A stretch of 64,000 nt of DNA from Camelus dromedarius (GCF_036321535.1 NC_087437.1:103852001-103916000), one strand, 5' to 3'. Counted from the stretch's first letter, positions 39,001 through 51,972 are shown. Program-made: numbers and translations. Notes: generated by a model not told the origin, from the letters alone.

Positions 39001-39201
39001 TTTAATAGACTTACTCTGTAAAGTAAGTATTTCGATAAAAACACTTATCTCTAAGCTTAAATAAAACCATGATATATATGCATATGTATATATGTATGTG
39101 TACATATTCTTTTATGAAGTAGAAATAATCAATTTACAGTAAGTAGGGTATCATTCTTCCTTTATTGCTTAAAATTGAGATAACTAGACATGGAGAGGAA
39201 G

Positions 39202-39203
<2 letters not shown>

Positions 39204-39235
<32 letters not shown>
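39204..39235 (+). repeat. Poly(T) tract (32 nt)
   Basis: Direct observation. Confidence 0.95.
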
Positions 39236-39237
<2 letters not shown>

Positions 39238-39238
<1 letters not shown>

Positions 39239-39446
39239 ATGGATCAGCAAATTATAGTCTGAAAGGCTTCATTTGTGGTCTGGCTATGTATGACTTGAAA
39301 GCTAAGAATGTTTTTTACAGTAGCAAAAGGTTATAAAGTAGAAAATGAAACAAAAACAAAGAAAAACATGTGACAGAGACCATATGTTCCAGTATCTTAA
39401 AATATTTACTCTTTGGCCTTTTGCACAAAAAGCTTGCCAACTCCTG
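39238..39446. mobile_element. MER58 (MER58C-like) hAT MITE
   Basis: catggatcagcaaattatag...gctaagaatgttttttaca...gtgacagagaccatatg...aaaatatttactctttggccttttgcacaaaaagcttgccaactcctg. Confidence 0.85.
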
Positions 39447-39850
39447 TCTTAGGTGATAATATATTATTTAAACTTAAAAATGAGAAAAAAATTTAAAAGT
39501 TTAATCGACATAAATTTTAATTTCATAGTAGACATACTATTGAGATTTAGACAATGACGACAGTACATTATCCAGGAACGTTGGTCCTCAATGATAGCTT
39601 GCCATATATATGCTTAAATAGGAATTTACAGTAAGCATATATTAATGTATTAAGCATATGTTAAATTTAATATATGGATGAATATTAACATTATATATTG
39701 CCATTTTGTAAAGACCGCCATTAAAACACATATCACACATATATGGAATAAAATATTGCTGCAACAGATGTTGATGGAGATCTTAAGGACAATAATTTAT
39801 ATAAAGAATAATTTAAATAAAATTATAAAAATAACTACCTTTGGTTGATT

Positions 39851-40543
39851 ACTGGTAGACCACTATTTTATTAATGGTCCTCACAAAAGCATGCCTCTCT
39901 GTATCCATATCCTGTTTCAGTTCTCTCATATCTTATTCAGAGATTGGTCATATGATTTATTTAGCCCAATAGGATAATATGAAACAGACAGAGGTTTGAG
40001 AAGTACATCAGAGCTTTTTCTCTTGGAATGCTGCTCTGAGACTGTCAAGTAGGGCCAGAATAGCTTCCTAGAACAGGAAGAGGAAAAGTATCGCCTCTTA
40101 ACCAAACCTAGTTTGCTACATATGTTTTTGTAAATAAAGTTTTATTAGAACATGCTCAATTTGTTTACATATTTTCTATAGCTGTTTTCACACCACAATG
40201 GTAGGACTGAGATCTGATGACCCAGAGATCCTGTGCCCCACAAAACCCGAAATATTTACTACCTGGACCTTCACAGAAAATGTTTGCTGAATCATGTACA
40301 AGAGAATAAGGGCTACATGGAAGAGAATCAAGACACACCTTGTTGGCTGGCAGCACAAACTACAGAAGTTGTAAGTAAAGCCATCTTGAAACTTTCATCC
40401 GGCCACCTGTCTGGGCCCAGATAGAACCAACAGAGAATCACCCAGCTAACTTCTCACAGAATCATGAGAACTAATAAACCACTTGCTTTTCCAAGTCACG
40501 ACGATTTTGAGTTGATTTGTTATACAGCAATGGATAACTGAAA
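39851..40543 (+). mobile_element. MaLR LTR (MLT1G/H-like) interrupted by MER58A
   Basis: aatggtcctcac...tctctgtatccatatcct...aagccatcttgaa...cacagaatcatgagaactaataaa...tttgttatacagcaatggataactga. Confidence 0.78.
40074..40296. mobile_element. MER58A nested in the MLT1 LTR
   Basis: gtttttgtaaataaagttttattagaaca...tttacatattttctatagctgttttcacaccacaatgg...aaatatttactacctggaccttcacagaaaatgtttgctga. Confidence 0.88.
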
Positions 40544-41100
40544 TTGGTGCTGTTCTCAGAATAAAATGTGTGTCAGTGACTTTGGGATTGTGCAGCAGGT
40601 GGAGTTGAAAAGGGCAGCACACTGATCATAGTTACAGGCAGACAGAATAGTGAGAACAGCAGCATTCAAAGTTAGATCAAAAGCTAACACGTGCCACACA
40701 ATGGGTAAAAAAAAAAAAGGTAGCAATAATGTTTGCCTGGTGTATAACTTGGACAAACAGAAACGTTACCAAGTTGACTATATACCTTGCTAAAGACAGT
40801 TCTGGCAAAATGAAGGAAATGGTAGTTGGCTTTTCTTAGTTTCAGGCAGGACCAACTGGATTAAAAAATAAAACTGTTCTTCCCAGTCTATGAAAAAAAA
40901 AATCTCCAAGTAGGAGCTGCCCACAGTGCAGTAGTTAAGGGTAAAACTAAAACTAAAATTCTTTGTTAAGACCTATTAAAGAATTTTGGTGTTTTCTAGT
41001 ATATAGTCTCAGCTAGATAAAGGAACTTCCAGGAACCTTAAGTTTCTTGCCCCAAGTAGCCTCTTACACAGCCGAAAGTCAGTGCAGATTCAACAACTAG
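40544..41100 (+). mobile_element. MaLR internal (MLT1-int) remnant following the LTR
   Basis: LTR end runs into aaattggtgc; later gtgactttggga and gctaaagacagttctggcaaaatgaagg...ttggcttttctt resemble MLT-int; right boundary uncertain. Confidence 0.5.
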
Positions 41101-43223
41101 TTTGAAGGGCAGGGGTAGTGATTCACATGGAGTAAATACTCCCAGTTTGACTGGCTCACAAAATTCCGTAACATTTGAAAATTGGCTCTTATCACTTGTA
41201 GGCTAGTGCCAGCTGGCTCCTGCATTCCACGGTAGTCAAAGGATGCTTAGAGAGTTCCAGATACCATTATTTTTGGGTACATGGAGAAGAAACTGTCTCA
41301 CCTCTCAGCTTCATTCTCTACGAAATCTCAAAAGTTGTGCAAAAAATAGAACCATGGGCCTGACACTGGCAAAAGGCCGTATCAGAGAAGCCTGAGATAC
41401 TTGAAAATCTGAGGACTGTGAAGGGCTGAACATGCTTTATGGAAGAGAAAATCTTTTCTCCCATGAGAAAAAGGGGATTTATGAGAGTGACAATGGCAGA
41501 GATACTCCTAGAGGAAATGCACACGAAATGAAACCTCTCACTAGTTCTCAGTTTTGCCTTTCCAGATTTGAGGGACTAGGGAGAGGAAGAAAGTAGAAGG
41601 CACTGCAGAAGACTGTTACACTCCAACACTGGGGATCAGGGGGTTCAAAGGGTTTGAAAAATAAAGCAGAGGGGAAGTCTGCATACTGTTACTGTGGTCT
41701 ACTGATTGAATTTTTCCATTTCTCTTTTTAAGGGGTGATGACTTTCATTAATTGAAAGTGGGAGCAAGAGATTATCATTTGAAAATTGGTTATTGAAGTT
41801 TTAGGATAATAAAGACAGGATTTTCAACTAGTGATTGAATAACCTTGGTTACAACTTAAGGGAACTAGCAAAAACGATGTGAATTAATCTATTAAAACAA
41901 TAAAAATTGAACCAAGTGCTTTAGAAAACACAATTTCAATGTAAGGAGCTATATGAGGGTTTTAAAAGGTAAAGCGAAACTAATATTTATCATGATGGAA
42001 TTTAAAATCTAGGTGGATAAATGTGGAAATAAGCTCCAGGCAATAGGAGATGAAATAAGTGTAAAACTTCATCTCAATTAGTGTCAGATTTCAGTATTTA
42101 GTCTGCCAATAAGACTGTGATTGTATGGATGATGGTTGGTTGAACTATCTTTTACTGAATGACTATCTGAAAGAGACTGTATACATTCCACTGAAACCTA
42201 TATCCTTATAATAACTGATAACAAATCTGTTAACTTCCTGTTGTCTGACATAGTTTAAACTGATGCTGAACTGTGTGATTTTCCAAATCGAAAAAATTTT
42301 CCACTGATAGGTCTTTACGATTAAATGATTGCTGATAGGCATGGAGCAATTTAATCAACATAGTGTTCTCTTAGATTCAAATAATAGTTATTAGCAAGAG
42401 CATATATAAATGTACAGGGTCACACATACAGTGTATTTAATGAGTGTTATAAGGCTCTCCAAATTGTTATAAATGAAATTTCTCAGCATGACTAGACTTG
42501 CACAAAATGATTCAGTGATTAAGATGGTTGGCATTTTAAAATGAGTAGTGAATCATATAAACCATCATAACTAATTTTAAGTATTCTGATTGCTGTTGTT
42601 TTTAAATTTGGGAAGGAATACAGCTTGACCAAAAACAAATTAATTAAATTATTGCCACAAAATATGTTTCCTTGTCTGTGTTAAAATATGCCATTAAAAC
42701 AAATAGGCTTTACATGCCTATTGAGCTGATAAATCCCATTACTGACTCACTTTTCCCTGAGGCATAGTTTTCATGGCTACTATTCTGACATTGTTAATAA
42801 CTTGCATGATAGTAATCAAATGCTTTTTTCCACATCTCTATTGTGCTACATTAATTTTTTTTTTAACAGCCCAAAACAACAAAAACACTGAAGGAGAATC
42901 TAATTGTAATACCAACTTCGATCTTGCTTTATGAAATTTGAACTCTACAGATACAGATAATGTTAACATGGCTTTTTGTTTAAAATGCAGTTTCAAAGTT
43001 CTAAATACTATTATTCTAATCTCACGAATAGGTCTTGGAACACTATTAAAAAGCTTGCTTAGAATGATAATGTTTGTGGCATAAAAATAAATGAAGGCAT
43101 ACAACATGTGATTGAGCTGTCCATCACAAAATCACACACTTGTGAAAATAAAAGCCCATGAAACTGCCAAGACTAATTTAAAAAAATAGTCCTAATCCTT
43201 TATTTTATTATCTGGAATAGATA

Positions 43224-43686
43224 CAGGCATACCTCAGAGATATGGCGTGTTTGGTTCTAGACTACAATAAAGCAAATATCACAGTAAAGCAAGTAATGTG
43301 AATTTTTTAGTTTCCCAGTGTATATGCAAGTTATATTTATGTTATACTGTTGTCTACTAAGTGTACAACACCATTATGTCTAAGAAAATCATGTACATAC
43401 CTTGATTTAAAAATGCTTTATTGCTAAAAATTGCTAACCATCATCTGAGCCTTCAGCAAATTATGGTAGTAACATCCAAGATCACTGAACACAGATCACT
43501 GAAACAAACGTAATAATAACAAAATTTGAAACATTGCAAGAATTACCAAAATGCGACACAGAGATGGGAAGTGAGCAAATATTGTTGGAAAAATGGTGCC
43601 GACAGACTTGCTTGACACAAGGTTGACGCAAACTTTCAATTAAAAAACACTGTATCCGTGAAGCACAATAAAACAAACTATGCCTG
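43224..43686. mobile_element. Non-autonomous Tigger1 derivative (Tigger1a_Art-like), about 463 bp
   Basis: TA then caggcatacctcagagatat at the left end and gaagcacaataaaacaaactatgcctg at the right (inverted termini); both Tigger1 ends joined with the transposase deleted. Confidence 0.9.
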
Positions 43687-43919
43687 TGTAAGAAGTGAAT
43701 GAAATGGTTAAAACTAATCATTTCAAAAAAAACAAAAAGAATCTGTAACTCTAAGAGTAGGAAAGTCAACTTTCATCATATCTCTACACTTATTAAATCA
43801 CAACTTTGTCTCAGCATATGCTTGTGTAATATTATCGTGTTGGTCAGAATTAAGTAAAACCTTACTTTTGTGGTAGATTATATTAAATAATAATATGAAC
43901 AGAAGTTAATACAATATTT

Positions 43920-44040
43920 TCTACAATACATGCTGTAATTATTATTTAACCCTCACTTCACACATAAAGAAACTGAAGCCCGAACACAGGATTGTTAATG
44001 GCACAAATTTATTAAGTGGCAGAGCTGGGATTTGAAAGGT
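43920..44040 (-). mobile_element. MIR fragment
   Basis: cacataaagaaactgaagccc...taagtggcagagctgggatttgaa. Confidence 0.7.
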
Positions 44041-44129
44041 CTTTTGGAAGAAACTGCATTTTACTGCCTGTTTGATCTAAAATTAGCTTACCCTTTAACA
44101 GTAATTAATGATTATATATTTTTTACCCA

Positions 44130-44400
44130 ACCTGTATTTATTTAGTGCATTGTAAGTGTTACTTTCTTAGGCTCTCAGGATACACTGAAAAACAAAACAA
44201 GCTAAATCTTTGTCCTCATAGAATTGATACTGGATTACAGCTTTGAACTATTAAGCAAGAAAATAAACAAGAAAATTTTACGAAGCTTAAGAAGAGGGCT
44301 TATATAAATAAGAGTAGGAGGGATGTTTTCTAAAGGTAATATTTGAGCTTATTCTTAATGGTGATACAGACATGAGGAGACTGAGAAGGTTATGGAAGGC
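44130..44400 (-). mobile_element. L2 3' fragment
   Basis: tatttatttagtgc...ttaggctctcaggatacac...ctttgtcctcatagaattgata...aaggtaatatttgagct. Confidence 0.6.
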
Positions 44401-44479
44401 TTAATATACATGGAATTGGATAGCCACTAAAAAGCAATAGAGAATGTGGTAAAAGTAGTTTCGTGAGAGATAATAAAGT

Positions 44480-45320
44480 TTTCCAAAATTATTTAAAAAT
44501 GAAAACAAAATAAGGACATTCAATAGCCCCCATAAAATATTAAAACATGAATAAATAAGCAAGTTATAAAGAGATCATACATCACGTATATGGCTTGGAA
44601 AACTCAGTATCAGAATTATTCTCATTGCCACAAAATTATTCTGATTCAACTCAATCTTAACAGAAAACCTAACAAGTAGACCTGATACATATATGGGGAA
44701 AAGGGAACAAGAAAAGCCAAAATATATATATATTTTTGGTGGGGGGAGGCATTACAACATGGATGGATGATAGTCAATATATGAACATATAGAATTTTTT
44801 ATAAATTAATAGACTGAGAATGACTAGTTATAGACAATAGAACTAGAAAGCTTAAACAATTTATACAACAGACTATAAAGCCAGAAATATTTAATATTAC
44901 TATGGTAAAAAAAAAAAAGATCAAGAACAACACTAACATGTCAAATATATTTTAAACACATCAGATTTGCAAAAAAAAAAAAATATATATATATAGTGTG
45001 TGTGTATGTGTATATGGGAGGAAAAGTGTATATTTTGAGGAGAAACAAGTATTCTGATAGTTATTTATAATAAAATATTATTAAATATTCCAGAAGACTA
45101 CCTGACAAATGTCATCTAAATTTTACAATGTTTTGACAAAGAAATTCTACTTCTAAGTATTTAATAAAAATTAATATTTCTAAAATAACTACATATAACA
45201 TTTTATTGTAACATTGTTAACAATTGCTGAAATATAAAATAATCAAAGTTAACATCTGTGGGAAATTGATCAGAATTATTATATCTATGTATACAAAATT
45301 ATTATAGTTATGTTTAAAGT
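44480..45320 (+). mobile_element. Highly decayed L1ME fragments
   Basis: gagatcatacatcacgtatatggcttggaaaactcagtat, aagaaaagccaaaa, ttgacaaagaaattctacttctaagtattta. Confidence 0.55.
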
Positions 45321-45454
45321 CACCTGATACAGCTTATAAAACAGGTTGCAAAAAAAGCATTCTCAGTAGTCTCCTATTTTGGGGAGAGAGAGCATCTAAT
45401 ATACTTTCTGGTTATCTGCCTATCTTCCCACATAATTTCATAAAGAATTAAAAA

Positions 45455-45710
45455 TAATGATAATGGATTACATTCATGTACTGTTTAATTCAGATCAAAC
45501 ACAGTTTGGAATTCTTAACATTTATGATCTTATTTAACCTTTACAAGTGCCCTATGATAAAGATATTATTCCAGTGTCAACTGTGTCTTTTCAGATTCAA
45601 AAATGTATGACGCAGAAGGTTAATTAACTTGCCCCAAACAATCCATAAGTGTTAGAGTTTGAATTTTAATTCAGGCATTTGCTTCTGTTCGTGCTCTTCA
45701 ATACTATACC
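45455..45710 (-). mobile_element. MIR
   Basis: atcttatttaacctttacaa...aggttaattaacttgcccca...gttagagtttgaattttaattcagg. Confidence 0.65.
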
Positions 45711-45799
45711 AAAACTTCATCACCACAAAAGATTGCAATAAAGCAATCTGGAAACAAAACATAATCCCAGCAGTTTACTTTTTCTCATCCTGTCATCTG

Positions 45800-46162
45800 C
45801 TAAATCTCGTAGGTGCTTCATTGGAGAACTGTCCTCTGCTGAATGGAGCTGCCTCACCAGGGAAGTTCCACCTCCACCAGCAGCCCTCAGTCAATGGCTC
45901 TTGATGTGTGGTTACAAGGGCTGGATCAGACCTTTAGCAGGGATAAACTTGTGGTGCAACTGATGCTCCAGGGGGTTCCCTCTGTGGGTAAGGCCAAGGC
46001 TAGGCTTTATCTGAGACTAAATCCTTGCTCAGCTGTCTCCTGCTTTCCCATTCGGCCTAACTCCTCCCTCGTACACATGTCTTGAAAAATCCTCTTCCAA
46101 AAAATTGTATACACTTGGATCCTCACTTCAGACTTTGCTTTTATAGAACCTAGCCCAAAACA
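45800..46162 (+). mobile_element. ERVL LTR, LTR16-like
   Basis: gggataaacttgtggtgcaactgatgctccagggg...aggctaggctttatctgagact...ggatcctcacttcagactttgcttttatagaacctagcccaaaaca matches the LTR16 3' end. Confidence 0.72.
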
Positions 46163-46269
46163 TTTAACCTTCTCTCACCACATTTCCAAAATGCAGATAC
46201 ATAGAAAGCTGAGATACTCAAGAAAATGTATGATGCTGATCACAAATGATGCAGTGGAGAATTGAGGAC

Positions 46270-46500
46270 CTCTTAGGGAGGGAGTAGTTCCAGGTGAATG
46301 CAGCCAGGTGTGAACTCAGCATCCAGGCTCCATTTTCCCAGATGTCTGATTTTTTTAAATAGATTCAGAAAATATTTAATTTATGTGAAACATGTGATGA
46401 TTTCATTTGACAAATCCTGTAATTAAAAAAGGTATAATATTATTTGAGATAAAATGTTTACAAGCTAATACGGCATGCAGGCTCCACTATTACATTTCTG
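46270..46500. mobile_element. MER102-like hAT fragment
   Basis: ccagatgtctgattttttt...cagaaaatatttaatttatgtgaaa...caggctccactattacatttctg. Confidence 0.45.
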
Positions 46501-47146
46501 TATTTCCTTCTTATAATCAGAAAATAAACTATACAATACAGATGATATTTTAAATTTATAGTCTTAGCAGATCAGGTTGGGTTTTGTCTAGCAACTCCTG
46601 TTTATTGAATCCTCTAAGCATTTCATATCTACTCACTTTATAGAATCATAGCATACGGATTAATGCTTATTAATTATTAAAATAATTATCATGTAGACAA
46701 TAGAACTGAAATAGATACATTAACTAACTTTACTTTGTGTGATAATGGGCCAGTGGGCAACTGGTGGATGGGAGTGTCAAAGATTATGTTTTGAACGCCA
46801 TATCGTATTGCCTCTGATCAACAAAGTTGATCAGTTCGTTTTGTTCCACATTGAAACAAAATAAAACCTATCAATTAAAGTATCAATTAGAGAAGTTCCT
46901 TAAAGGACTATGAACTGCTCTAGGACAGACTGTACATTCACAGGATTAATTAGTTCCTCAAAGGACCACCTAATCAATTTTACTGACTGTTGTACTGAAT
47001 TGACCCCTTTAAGTATTTGATTAGGCTTCCAGAAAATACATCTTTGAAGAAAAATCACAAATTCCAGACTTACAGGGAGAGTGTCAAAGAATATTAGAGC
47101 CAGATTTGAAAACTGACACGCACATGGTTTCCAAACTGAGTTTTTT

Positions 47147-47203
47147 TCTTAACGTTTTTATTGATTTATAATCATTTTACAAGGTTGTATCAAATTCCAT
47201 TGT
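47147..47203 (-). mobile_element. Micro-insertion of a young L1 3' terminus (about 57 bp) with 12-bp TSD
   Basis: Reverse complement acaatggaatttgatacaaccttgtaaaatgattataaatcaataaaaacgttaag matches 28645-28699; actgagtttttt at 47135-47146 and 47204-47215. Confidence 0.88.
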
Positions 47204-47530
47204 ACTGAGTTTTTTATTTTCTTCTCTTACGCTTAGATTTTTTTCATCATGAATCATTTTAAAATTCATATTAACATGAAAGTTTCATATTTTCGAATGC
47301 CTACAAGATTGTTTTATAAAAATAACTGGTTGATAATGAAGAGATTTATCAGAGACCATGAGGTTTGGGCAAATAAGCTAGCTGAGTAGACCTTGAGAAA
47401 TTAGTGACAAGTAGTAAATCTAAATTAGAAAAGAAAAAATATAATATAAAGCCTGCTGAAAATTTTAAAGTGATATATTACTTATTTTCAAAGGAGGAGA
47501 AATCAGTGAAGTATTAAAATAAAAAGAGGG

Positions 47531-47713
47531 CAGTGGTTCCCAAATATGGTCCATGAATCAATAGCATGAACATTACTTGGGGCTTGTGATAAATCCAAAT
47601 TCTTATAGCCCACCCCAAACCTATGGATATTGAATCTGAGAGTGAGGCCCAGAAATCTGTTTTATTTAGTCTTCCAGGTGATTCTAATCTACTCAAGAGT
47701 TTGAAAATCAGTG
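47531..47713. mobile_element. MER5A
   Basis: cagtggttcccaaa...ccaccccaaaccta...gaatctgagagtgaggcccagaaatctgtttt...ccaggtgattctaat...gagtttgaaaatcagtg with inverted termini. Confidence 0.88.
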
Positions 47714-47925
47714 ATATATAGAAATTTTTGTGCATAGAACTCAGCATGCCACTCAGCAAATGTTGAAGGTTAGGCTTTTATTTGTTGTTTATATTTTTAT
47801 TTTAACTTAAATTATAGCTTGGAGATCATCAGAATTAAGAGTATTTGTGTCTGCTAAGCAATCTAAAAAGAACTGAGGCATAAATCAAAAGGCAAATATT
47901 AATTCCCTAAAATTGATGATTGATG

Positions 47926-48383
47926 TGTACATCAGGGCTTTGTTATGAGAACAGAAAACACTGCAGGTATTTTATTAAAATGGGATTTGTAGAAGAAATG
48001 TGTTGCTTTCAAAACCATTGCAAAGGGATGGGGAACAGATATCATGAAGACCAATAGGAGGAAATCTGGTAGTACAGAAGTCATGAGAAGCTACCTCCAG
48101 TGGTCCAGCTGCCTGCATCACATAAGGTGACTCATTGCATATGTCCTAGAAGCCACTGCAAACATTTCTTTCACCTACCCAAGAACTGATCCATTTCTGC
48201 AGGTGCAGAAGAGTAACTGTGGTTTTCTTCCAATTTCAAACCTCACATGTGTGTTCACAATTTGGAATCCTGCAGTCAAGGGAGTCTGGGAAATGTAGCC
48301 ACTACGTTTCCAGTCCTTGCTAAACAGCAAGATACTAGAGGGGCAATGGTAGATTTTGATACAAAAAGAAAATATTCCACACA
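47926..48383 (-). mobile_element. Ancient ERVL-associated LTR (3' LTR of the adjacent provirus remnant)
   Basis: tgt...aca termini; caagggagtctgggaaatgtag motif of old ERVL/MaLR-type LTRs; directly abuts ERVL internal sequence. Confidence 0.62.
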
Positions 48384-50090
48384 ATCTGTTCCTTTGGATA
48401 TTCAGGTTTCAAATACACCCTCTTAGATATAAAAGTACAGAAACAATAATAACCAAAAACGCGTCTACACTTTGTATGGTGCAAGTACCACTGCACAAGT
48501 AAACAGATGGTCACCCTTTTCCTCAAAAGGGAAGAGACAAAATCCACCCATCACTGGAGCCAACTCTGGGTGCCCTTGAGAATCTTCTGTCTTCCAAACA
48601 TACACCCCTTACCCCAGAGCAGTGTCATCTCTTCTCCATCATCATAATAAAGATCAATCACCATGGTTACCAGTTATGTTTCAATGGCGTATGTTTCAGA
48701 ACCTGAAATGGCCAGATGGCATGCAGAGATCAAAATGGAAAGGAGATGGCATCAATCTCTAGTTAAGTAGGACAATAACTGTGTTCCATGGTAGAAACAC
48801 GACTACCCTGGAGAAACAATACCTCTAAATCACAAGAGGGTAAACCTGGAGACAGGAGATTTAAGGATAATTGAGAGTATAATTAGGGGTCGTATTGAGA
48901 TAGCATTCTGCCTTGCTTCTCTTGTTCCGAGTTCTGGCTTTGAATAAAGTACTGTATTTTCATTGCAGATTCCAAGTGCTCTATATACTTCCTGGATGAG
49001 TGCCTAAACGTGTAAGCTATTAATACCCGGCTGGCATAGTGACTGATACTTTAATATTCTGTTACAACTCTTACTAATTAATAGGTAAGACCACAAACTT
49101 CCTTGAGGGATTACTCATTACCTCCTTTGCTGTACAATTATTGACTTGTCAAAAGCAGTGTTGTGTGAGGTAGCAGGGCACTGAATACGATAATCACTAA
49201 ATCCACATGTGACAATGTGGACAGGAGCTTCAGTAGTAAGGAAGAAAATCAATATTAAGATTAATTCACTTATCTAATAAAGAAAAAAAAATTGCTGCTC
49301 TGTCAATTTTGGGGAAAAAAAAATCAGTGTAACCAGTTTGCTACCAGGTAGCCAGATTGTTCTTTCTTGGAAAAATAGCAAATTGGTAGCTCAGTATTGG
49401 TATCCTTCATGCCAGATGTGGTACTCAGAAATATGTCATGGCTAGTTATGACAATAAACAAGTAAGGTACGGCCGGGGAAGGAAGCTGACAATCATACAA
49501 ACAACTGGATGTATGGTCCTCCTGATTATCAAGATGCTCCTTTGTGGTGGTTAACTTTGGTGTTTATTCAAGTAGGACATAAAATACGCTTGAAATTTCA
49601 ATTCTACTATCAATATAAACCTGTTACAGATCTACGAGTCAACAAGTCCATGATCATACACCCAACCATTACCCACTGTGTACAAATCAATGTGTATTTT
49701 GTCTCTGCTCACATTCTACACCAAGGAAAGTACTCAGCAAGATCCACTTCTGACATTCTTATCACTGGGAGAATTCCCGCCCCCCCCAGTTTTCTTACAT
49801 AATGACATAAGTATGGGGTTATAATGTAGGACAGACCTCTTCAACTAGTACTGGAATCTTCTAAAACCTAAGACTGGAGTATGTTTGTTTTTCAGGCAAA
49901 TTTTTGTTGGAAATCACTGAGGCCAGAAGAGAAGGTTGATGGAGAGATTTAAATACGTTCTAAATAGCTGCCCAGGAACACTGAACTTAGGGAATCTGAA
50001 TCTTTACTAATGGGCCCGAAACAAGCCAGTCCTTTGCTCTTGAGGGATGTACTGTATACATTACACTAGACAATAAACATAATGTCCTTT
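48384..50090 (-). mobile_element. Degenerate ERVL internal region (integrase/RNase H part of pol)
   Basis: cagtgtaaccagtttgctaccaggtagcc...ctcagtattggt...gccagatgtggtactcag...ggccggggaaggaagctga...tgattatcaagatgctcct aligns by eye with antisense ERVL pol (WQVDYIG and CPICQ regions); no ORF remains. Confidence 0.72.
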
Positions 50091-50139
50091 ACTGTGGAGA
50101 GAGTAACTGAAGTACATATGGGACAAATCATTTGTATCA

Positions 50140-50500
50140 AAAATACACAAAAACACAATGGCTCAGTAATAAGTAGACAAAGAACTTGAAATACAGGCAA
50201 ATATTTTGAAAACACATTTCACTAAATATGTAGAAATATAAGCATGTAAAAGTATCCTCATTAATTTCATTTTAAGAAAAACGTCAGTTAAAGTTCAAAA
50301 AGATTCCACTACACTCAACACGCATATAGTATTTGAAAGACTGAGGGTACCTATTTTTGGCACATATATGGAATATTTTTTTCTCACAAATTGCTGGTTG
50401 AATTTTAAGAATATATAACCACTTTGGGAAGACATATGAGAGTTTCTTATAAATATACATGTTTTTAATATACAAATCACCAATGTCACTCTCAGATATG
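50140..50500 (+). mobile_element. L1ME 3' fragment
   Basis: caggcaaaatattttgaaaacacatttcac, ttgctggttgaattttaagaatatataaccactttgggaag. Confidence 0.65.
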
Positions 50501-50580
50501 TTATCTCTTACTTATTTATTGCCATTATCCTGTTGCCAGAATGTAAACAGTGTAATAAATATTCAAATAAATCTACAAAT

Positions 50581-50915
50581 CAGTGATTCCCAATCCTGGC
50601 TGAATTAATATCTAGATATTTAACTACTTAACTATATATTTATAGTTATAACTATATAACTAAACTATATTATCAACTGTATACACTGTATATTACATAT
50701 AGTTTATGTATATATATTATATATAATTTAATATGTATATATAACATATATATTAATAAGTATATAAATAACTTTCTGGATTTAAAAAAAATACCTGTAC
50801 CATTTATCACCTAACACCCAGCCCCGCCTCGGCCCCTCATACACACACAGACCAGTGCATAAGCCTCACTCCAAACAAACTAAATCAGAATTTCTGGGAA
50901 TGGGCCTGGGCATCA
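50581..50915. mobile_element. MER5A1-like MITE split by an AT-rich low-complexity expansion (about 50625-50775)
   Basis: cagtgattcccaatcctggctg at left; cctcactccaaacaaactaaatcagaatttctgggaatgggcctgggcatc at right. Confidence 0.65.
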
Positions 50916-51374
50916 TTATAGTAGATGAAACAAAACTTGTAGGATATCAACACTATGTCAGCCATATCGCAAGAGGCAGGATTCCCATTTATTTTAATTG
51001 TTTGAAGGAACAATTAAACAGCCATATAAAATCTTTGAGGCCTATTTTGGAAGTAAATTTTAAAATCATTAATATCAAGTGTCACAACACCAAAATCAGA
51101 AATATTTTCTATCAATAAAATACTAGAAATATCCCAAATAAAGAAAATAAGTATATTATCATTGGGTTTGAAATCTAGCTCCCCAATGGCTAGTTACAGT
51201 CCTTGAAGTCAATTACATCTTCCTTCCATTCCACATTCAAAAAAATTGCCTCCTAAAGATATTCTGGGAATCATCATATAATAAACATAAACTACTTAGA
51301 ACACTTAGCCTTTAGACAGTTTTCAATATGCTAGTTATAATAGCAGTATTAAAAACCCATTGATCTTAAAAAAA

Positions 51375-51592
51375 AAAAACAGTCAGAAATTCTCCAGCAA
51401 AGATGGATTAATTTGAGGTCAGCCAACACGGCAAACCACACAGCAGTCCCAGCTCAGCAGGGAAGGAGAACTCTTTTAGAGGAGAAAGGAAGTGGGTGTG
51501 GGTATAGGAAACAAACATGGCATTTTATTGGCTGAGTTCTTGCCAGGAAAGAAGAGGAGTCTTTTTTCTTCCTGTTGGGCTCTGCTATCACC
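51375..51592 (-). mobile_element. ERV1-class LTR fragment of an artiodactyl family
   Basis: ctccagcaaagatggattaattt...gggaaggagaactctttta...attggctgagttcttgccaggaaagaagaggagtc...ttcctgttgggctctgctat resembles recalled artiodactyl LTR consensus; exact family unsure. Confidence 0.6.
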
Positions 51593-51972
51593 TCAAGGTG
51601 TTTTATTTTTAATTCTGATTCTTGTAGAAGGCATATGTCCAAGAGTAATTAAATTGAATTTGCCTAATTATTTTCATTTCTTAAATGATTATATAGCTTT
51701 AAAGAGGCCCTGTGGCCAGCTGAGAGAAGTAGGAGCTAACTCATGAATAAAGATACTAATTGTTATTATGTACTAACAAAATCAAGGTAACCTAGTGTTG
51801 CCCAGATCTCACAAAATGAGAATGTTAGTTTCAGTCTTTTCCTATGATTGTAAGATTGAATTTAGATAATTTGTTTTTCACAGTTGTTTCCATCTATATG
51901 ACAGAGGCCTGACTTATATCTTCCATAAGCAATTTCCAGATGTAAGGCTAAATACTTTCTGAAATGTAAGTT

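Noticed and set aside
39204..39235. Poly(T) as the tail of a retrocopy
   Set aside because: No TSD or retrocopy body; it abuts a DNA transposon, so it is more likely a homopolymer expansion.
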